The notes under the pieces are model-generated. The model worked only from the letters and a program-made list of their open reading frames with translations, was not told the DNA's origin and did no database searches. This document shows, piece by piece, positions 58,916 through 64,000 of a stretch of DNA of 64,000 nucleotides. The translations under genes were made by a program, and so were the position numbers. Location of the stretch: positions 34,326 to 98,325 of IMG/VR virus record IMGVR_UViG_3300012667_000244. One strand, written 5' to 3'. This DNA comes from a virus (taxonomy: Duplodnaviria; Caudoviricetes). Position 1 is the stretch's first letter. Each line of letters opens with the position of its first letter.

Positions 58916-60455
58916 TGTTGTCCTGTTTACTGACACAGTACAGTTTGATGTTAAGTCTAGAGGCTACGGCGCACACAGACTAGCAAGTCATTTGCGAGCT
59001 AACGGCTACACTTGCCTAGTAGTAGACTTTAGCAGTGTAGTCACATACGATATCTATACTGCAATCTTAGACAAGGCAATTGGCGCTAACACATTAGCCG
59101 TGGGCTACTCAACAACTTGGATGCCGTTTAAACTAGACGGTGAAGCTCGTACACGCAACCCGGGTGAAGGCGATGACAACGATGCAGAACGCTTGCACAA
59201 CAGTAGTCTAGTCAGTAGCTTTGCACAAGGCGACTACAGTTGGATTGACTTTGTTAAGCAGAAGAATCCCAAGACACGAACTATCCTAGGTGGCGCTAAG
59301 ATTGACTTTTATCTTGATGCACCTGTGGATCATATAGTTGTGGGCATAGGCGAAACTGAAACACTAGACCTAATTGACAGCATTGCTAAGAAGAATAGAC
59401 GCATCTTTAGTCGTATTGTTGACCACGATCGTAAAGCACACAATAGCTCTTGGGACTTTAGAGATAGCACAACAAGTTATACAGAGTACGATCTAATTCA
59501 GCCCAACGAAACTCTTAACCTAGAAGTCAGCCGTGGCTGTATGTTTAAGTGTGCTTACTGTAGCTATCCGCTGATTGGACAAAAGACCAAAGACTACCTA
59601 AAGCATCCCGAAGTCCTACGCAAAGAGTTGATCGACAACTACGAGCGCTGGGGTACAACCAAGTACTTTATTGTAGACGATACATTCAATGACAGCACAG
59701 AAAAGATGCAGATGTTTACCGACATTAGTCAGAGCTTGCCTTTTGAATTAAAGTTCTGGTGCTACTTGCGAGCAGACTTGTTGGCAGCGCACCCGGAACA
59801 GATACAGCTACTTAAAGATGCTGGCATACAAGAAACTTATTTTGGCATAGAAACATTTAATCCCAAAACTGCTAAGTTTATCGGCAAGGGAATGGCTAGC
59901 GATAAGATCGTAGATACAATGTACAAGTGTAAGGAAGTATGGGGAGAGCGTAGCTACATTGCCGCGGGTATTATCATAGGATTACCTTACGAAACACAAT
60001 CTACTATACAAACTGCTGTAGACTTCTTTCGCAGAGACGACTGCCCTATTGACCTTGCCAACACATTCCCCCTGAGTATTATCGGCAACCATGACCTAGT
60101 CAAATACATGTACATGAGCGAAATTGATCGCAACTATGGCAAGTACGGCTACTACTTCCCTAATCCAGAAGACAACTACTATAAGTGGCGCAAGGATGAT
60201 GATACAGATATCAACAGTTATGAGCAAGCAGAAGAACTAGCACAGTTGATTAATCCCACACTACCGCACATGCCATATCGCGGCTGTTTCTATACAAGTA
60301 GTTTTAGTGACGCTAGAATAAGCGACCGAGAAAAAAATTTAGACTTAACAGACGATGAATATCAAAGTCTAGTTAAGTCTATCAATTTCACAGAACTCTT
60401 TTACGAGACTGTTAAACGGGATTACTTGAATCCCTTAATTGCTAAATTAGTTTAA
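58908..60455 (+). CDS. Class B-type radical SAM protein (tandem paralogue)
   Basis: SRGCMFKCAYC; shares NYERWGTTKYFIVDDTFNDSTEK with 57302. Confidence 0.88.
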   Translation: MFDVVLFTDTVQFDVKSRGYGAHRLASHLRANGYTCLVVDFSSVVTYDIYTAILDKAIGANTLAVGYSTTWMPFKLDGEARTRNPGEGDDNDAERLHNSSLVSSFAQGDYSWIDFVKQKNPKTRTILGGAKIDFYLDAPVDHIVVGIGETETLDLIDSIAKKNRRIFSRIVDHDRKAHNSSWDFRDSTTSYTEYDLIQPNETLNLEVSRGCMFKCAYCSYPLIGQKTKDYLKHPEVLRKELIDNYERWGTTKYFIVDDTFNDSTEKMQMFTDISQSLPFELKFWCYLRADLLAAHPEQIQLLKDAGIQETYFGIETFNPKTAKFIGKGMASDKIVDTMYKCKEVWGERSYIAAGIIIGLPYETQSTIQTAVDFFRRDDCPIDLANTFPLSIIGNHDLVKYMYMSEIDRNYGKYGYYFPNPEDNYYKWRKDDDTDINSYEQAEELAQLINPTLPHMPYRGCFYTSSFSDARISDREKNLDLTDDEYQSLVKSINFTELFYETVKRDYLNPLIAKLV

Positions 60456-61685
60456 GTTTACCCATGCGCTACCGTTGTAGCCTTTGAATGTAGAACCGTC
60501 TAATACAATCATACCTGCTTCAGCTGGGCTTGGCAATGTGCCAGCGACGTCTGCAACTTTCATAAAGCCAGCAACACGCATACCGCCGTTATCAATACGA
60601 ACACGCTCTGTACCATCTGTCGAAGCACAAATGACACCGTCACCTGGGTGGAAGAATCCTGTATCAACACTAGCGTCTGTTGAGAATCTAATGCTTGGTT
60701 CACTAGCTGTTCCGTCACCAACTGACACTGTTGGAATGTCTAGTACGCCAGTGCTGTTGAAACTTAGGTTCTGTGTGCCACCAAGTGCATCAACTACGAT
60801 TACACCAAACGCACCCGGTGCTGATCCTGTAGTTACAACTGTACCAGGTGTTGGGTCAACGAACAATCCGAACGCACCGACGTTAACATATCCAGTACCG
60901 TCATATGCTTGGCCGTCAAAGAAGCCAACTGCATCGCCTGATTCCATCGCTGTTTTAACTTGTAAAGATCCTTTAGAAATCTTAAATGTAATACCTGCGT
61001 TGTTTGTGCCATCACTAATGCCAGTGAACACACCAAAGTTATTATCACTGTACATCCACAAAGTGTTAGGGTTTGTAGCTGTACCAAATGTAACTACATT
61101 GTCTGAACGGTCATCACCTAATGGCTTTGCTACAGTACTTGTGATAGTTGCATTAGTAATTGTAAGATCAGCTGTACTAATTGTACCTGCACTTGTACTA
61201 ATGTTTCCAGTAGTATTAATTAATCCAATAATATCAATTGTACCAGTGCCGCTGATGTCGTTACTGTTTAAGTCTAAGTCACCGCCTAGCTGTGGAGTAA
61301 GGTCTTCAACAATGTCAGTAATACCTGTAATTGCACCAGTGTCTACTACTGCACTGATATGTCCGCCTGTATAGACAAAGCTAATACCAGTGTGCGTAGC
61401 ACCTACTCTAGTTAAATCGTCACCTACTGCACCAATAGCTCTCTCAGGAGTATAATACAAGTTATTGTTTTCTTCGATCATTGATGTGTCTAATTCAACT
61501 ACACCAACTTGACCATTAACGCTTGCAACCGCACCCGCCATGTTAGCCATAATGTCAACACCGCCTAATGTAAGGCCGTCACCAACATAAAGTTTTTGTG
61601 TATTAGTAGTGTATACTAGTTCGCCAAGGGCAAAAATTACACCTTGTCTTTCTGTATCTGTTCCGCGTCTAATTTGTAGCGCCAT
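60447..61685 (-). CDS. Tail-fibre-like virion protein (Mtd/hyaluronidase-type N-terminal motif)
   Basis: LQIRRGT...GELVYTT.T.KLYVGDG; PQLGGDLDLN; C-term FKGYNGSAWVNL; TAAATA at 61737; GGAG RBS. Confidence 0.75.
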   Translation of the reverse strand: MALQIRRGTDTERQGVIFALGELVYTTNTQKLYVGDGLTLGGVDIMANMAGAVASVNGQVGVVELDTSMIEENNNLYYTPERAIGAVGDDLTRVGATHTGISFVYTGGHISAVVDTGAITGITDIVEDLTPQLGGDLDLNSNDISGTGTIDIIGLINTTGNISTSAGTISTADLTITNATITSTVAKPLGDDRSDNVVTFGTATNPNTLWMYSDNNFGVFTGISDGTNNAGITFKISKGSLQVKTAMESGDAVGFFDGQAYDGTGYVNVGAFGLFVDPTPGTVVTTGSAPGAFGVIVVDALGGTQNLSFNSTGVLDIPTVSVGDGTASEPSIRFSTDASVDTGFFHPGDGVICASTDGTERVRIDNGGMRVAGFMKVADVAGTLPSPAEAGMIVLDGSTFKGYNGSAWVNLN

Positions 61686-61767
61686 TGTGCTATCTCCGTT
61701 ATTTCTTAAATCAGTATGAAACTGATTGCTATACTGTATTTAGCGAAACGGCAAAGATAGTTTAGTC

Positions 61768-61796
61768 AAAAAAATAGGACACCTAAGTGTCCTATT
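61768..61796 (-). terminator. Intrinsic terminator
   Basis: AATAGGACAC-loop-GTGTCCTATT followed by a T-run on the minus strand. Confidence 0.8.
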
Positions 61797-61810
61797 ATGT
61801 GCGTAGTTTA

Positions 61811-62272
61811 TTAACTAGCAAACCAGATTTCCTTAAAACCTTCATCTTCTGTTGGCATTTGGAATCCGTTAATCATAGATCGCATTACATGATCTGGAAT
61901 GTTCTTACCTGGACGGCTTGCTAAACGGCGAGCTAATTCTTCCTTTTCAGGAGTAGCAAACACGATAGCAATGTGCTCGTACTTTGGCAAAGTAGCGAAC
62001 TTGCGCTTACGAGCCGCAACGCTGGTACTAGTTTGATCCCAGATTACATCCAAGCCGTTTGCTTGACAGATTAACGCTTGGTTAGCCATCAAACGAACTG
62101 CGATTGGCATGTATTCGTCAAACACTTCAGAATAGGTCTTACCTTGTTCCTTAGCGTATGCTTCAACAAAATTATCAGTAGATACTACGGGAATATCCCT
62201 AGCCCAGTCTTGATTCTTAATCCAAGTCGACTTTCCCGAACCTGGAACTCCAATTAATTGATAACACTTCAT
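61811..62272 (-). CDS. P-loop kinase (polynucleotide-kinase/AAA_33-like)
   Basis: GVPGSGKST, STD, WDQT, RR...R.GK.IP. Confidence 0.85.
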   Translation of the reverse strand: MKCYQLIGVPGSGKSTWIKNQDWARDIPVVSTDNFVEAYAKEQGKTYSEVFDEYMPIAVRLMANQALICQANGLDVIWDQTSTSVAARKRKFATLPKYEHIAIVFATPEKEELARRLASRPGKNIPDHVMRSMINGFQMPTEDEGFKEIWFAS

Positions 62273-62484
62273 AATTCATCCAATCTTTGTGCAACTAGAT
62301 TTGCAATAGTTTGTTCTAGCTTTTCAATTTCATCTGCGGCTTCATCTAGCAAATTAGCAATCCTATCAGGTTTCCCTTCTACTACTGCTAGCCTGCCTGG
62401 AATCTGCCTGCGTATTTCTGCCCGTTTACGCAGACGGAACAATAGGCTCTGTTCTGCTACGGGTAAATGGCTTTCGTCTTTCAT
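62269..62484 (-). CDS. Hypothetical protein
   Basis: RLRKRAEIRRQI...LLDEAADEIEKL; TATAAT just upstream. Confidence 0.65.
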   Translation of the reverse strand: MKDESHLPVAEQSLLFRLRKRAEIRRQIPGRLAVVEGKPDRIANLLDEAADEIEKLEQTIANLVAQRLDEL

Positions 62485-62498
62485 ATAGTATTATACTC

Positions 62499-62831
62499 TC
62501 AAAACGGGATGTCGTCATCCATATCGATAAATTCTCTGTTGTATGTATACAACGGTGCTACATAGTTAGGATTGTCCCAATTATTGAATACTTCTTGATA
62601 ATCGCTGGCCCAGCGACAACGCAACCGATCCTGGTTATTGGTAAGTATTTCAACTTTTTCCAAACTAGAAAAGTCTCCAGAAGGGCAACCCCAAACTGTT
62701 ACATACCCGTTAGTATATGTACCATCCCACCTGCCGTTGATTACTTCAAAGTCAAACTCGGTAGGAGATTTCTCTTGTGTCACTGTGATTAGTAACGATG
62801 GTTCGTTACCTTTGCCTAGCATTAATCGCAT
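62499..62831 (-). CDS. Hypothetical protein with SSB-like acidic tail
   Basis: Ends MDDDIPF. Confidence 0.6.
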   Translation of the reverse strand: MRLMLGKGNEPSLLITVTQEKSPTEFDFEVINGRWDGTYTNGYVTVWGCPSGDFSSLEKVEILTNNQDRLRCRWASDYQEVFNNWDNPNYVAPLYTYNREFIDMDDDIPF

Positions 62832-62832
62832 G

Positions 62833-62994
62833 TTATTGAAGAGGTACTTTTACTTCGCATTCTACTGTCCAATTCTCAAACCGAGTATGTTTAGATACTT
62901 CAACGCCTAGCCCAACCGCTTCGTTTACGAAGTGCTTTAGTAGTGCATTATACAGTTCATCGGGCATTGTTTCTTTTTCAAATTTAATCTTCAT
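62833..62994 (-). CDS. Small hypothetical protein (53 aa)
   Basis: GGAG RBS; MKIKFEKETMPDEL...; read manually. Confidence 0.6.
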   Translation of the reverse strand: MKIKFEKETMPDELYNALLKHFVNEAVGLGVEVSKHTRFENWTVECEVKVPLQ

Positions 62995-63391
62995 TTGATT
63001 CTCCGGGGTAAAATACTGTTACTGGTTTATTTTTCTTTTTGGCATAATCATGTGTATACCAAGTACCGCCTTTTGGTTGCCATTCGTTTTGCAACGGAAC
63101 AACAATCAAAGTTTCTGTTTCATCTACAATGTTACGATCACGCTGTAAGTAGCCTAACGGCTCACGCATTTCGTCTCCACCAAAGTAGCCCTGTTGTTCA
63201 GTACTTTTTGGAGGATGGCATACTATACGCCAACCTAACTCTTTAGCTACTGCGGCTACTTGTATGTCTACACCGTTACAATCACCGTGATGCAGTTCGT
63301 GACCTGACCCTAGTGTTTCCATGAACTTAATGACAGCTAGAAGCTGTTGCTCTGTTGCACCTTCTCTAGTACCAGTTACTCCTATCTTCAT
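62984..63391 (-). CDS. SLOG-superfamily (YspA/DprA-like) protein
   Basis: IGVTGTR, HHGDC.GVD, RDR.IVD, GGTW.T...A. Confidence 0.75.
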   Translation of the reverse strand: MKIGVTGTREGATEQQLLAVIKFMETLGSGHELHHGDCNGVDIQVAAVAKELGWRIVCHPPKSTEQQGYFGGDEMREPLGYLQRDRNIVDETETLIVVPLQNEWQPKGGTWYTHDYAKKKNKPVTVFYPGESNED

Positions 63392-63567
63392 AGCTCAAGT
63401 TCGCTTACGATTGCTTCAGCTTCTTTCAAACCTCGTTCCCAGCGAGCCATCATCTCACGGAATGCCTCGATGTTCTCGCGATTGTGAAACATATCGCCTG
63501 ACCAGACAGCCGCATCAATCTCATCCATTGGACCGTCTTCTAAACGCTTGTAATTTTTATCTGTCAT
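63388..63567 (-). CDS. Small hypothetical protein (59 aa)
   Basis: AAGGA RBS; MTDKNYKRL...; ATGA overlap with the next gene. Confidence 0.6.
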   Translation of the reverse strand: MTDKNYKRLEDGPMDEIDAAVWSGDMFHNRENIEAFREMMARWERGLKEAEAIVSELEL

Positions 63568-63754
63568 TTTCGTCCTTAATTACATCAAACATATTACCAT
63601 ATTCGTAGCGTGGTGGTTCATTCTTTGCATCACCGTACATTTCAATCTGCCTGCGCCAAACTGTGGTCAGCCACTTGCGCTTGCCATTCACGATTACTGG
63701 TAGTACTGCAAAGTGCTGATGCCATGGATTTTTATAAACCCATGGCTTGGGCAC
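63557..63754 (-). CDS. Hypothetical protein
   Basis: W..HFA.LPV...G...WL..V.RR pattern; GTG start. Confidence 0.5.
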   Translation of the reverse strand: MPKPWVYKNPWHQHFAVLPVIVNGKRKWLTTVWRRQIEMYGDAKNEPPRYEYGNMFDVIKDENDR

Positions 63755-63791
63755 ATCGTAAAAGACATCCCAGTGATCTGACTTGATGTCC

Positions 63792-64000
63792 TTAGGCCAA
63801 CTCCTTGCGTACCCACTCTAAACGAGCTTGCTCGTCCATAGCAGTATATTCAACGATGTTAGCACGGATTGCATCGATCAAAGGGTAGTACTCTTCGTCG
63901 ATGTTGTGCTTGATGTCCTTGTTCATGTCTACTAGCTTATCAGTCCGTGGATTGCGAGCAACCCACTTTGAAGTTAAGTAGTATGGTGACTTGATCTTAG
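63792..64000 (-). CDS. C-terminal fragment, possibly Rnl1-type RNA ligase
   Basis: KIKSPYYL resembles nucleotidyltransferase motif V of T4 Rnl1-like ligases; only about 68 aa visible. Confidence 0.45.
   Translation of the reverse strand, partial: KIKSPYYLTSKWVARNPRTDKLVDMNKDIKHNIDEEYYPLIDAIRANIVEYTAMDEQARLEWVRKELA

Noticed and set aside
60484-61374. 296-aa plus-strand ORF
   Set aside because: Antisense shadow of the fibre gene.

Overview
This window looks like part of a large (jumbo-type) tailed dsDNA phage genome. It is AT-rich, densely coding and uses the standard genetic code. Consensus sigma70 promoters, lipobox lipoproteins and an entericidin-like peptide point to a Gram-negative, probably proteobacterial, host. 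All calls rest on motif recognition by eye; no searches were run. Layout: (1) 1-18.1 kb holds virion/baseplate/fibre genes, including a 3406-aa protein, plus uvsE and queD. (2) 18.1-32.4 kb is a minus-strand block driven by near-perfect TTGACA-N17-TATAAT promoters, with DNA ligase, ClpP, a MazG-like enzyme, a metallophosphoesterase, lipoproteins and a 117-nt non-canonical tRNA-like RNA. (3) 32.4-60.5 kb is a 28-kb island of about 32 mostly enzyme genes: 10 radical SAM enzymes in 5 subfamilies, 8 AspH/2OG-Fe(II)-type oxygenases, a tryptophan-halogenase-family flavoprotein, an amidinotransferase, two PLP enzymes, QueC-like, SDR, methyltransferase, GNAT, SpeD, SGNH and two pseudokinases. It is arranged as divergent operons with T4-late-like TAAATA boxes only 4-6 nt before the ATG. 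(4) 60.4-64 kb holds a fibre gene plus kinase, SLOG and probable RNA ligase genes. Top leads: six Cys-x-Arg-Asp repeats in the giant virion protein that resemble the bilin-binding core of phycobiliproteins; the apparently late, leaderless enzyme island; a preQ1-I-like riboswitch in front of phage queD; and the tRNA-like RNA with an extended anticodon arm.
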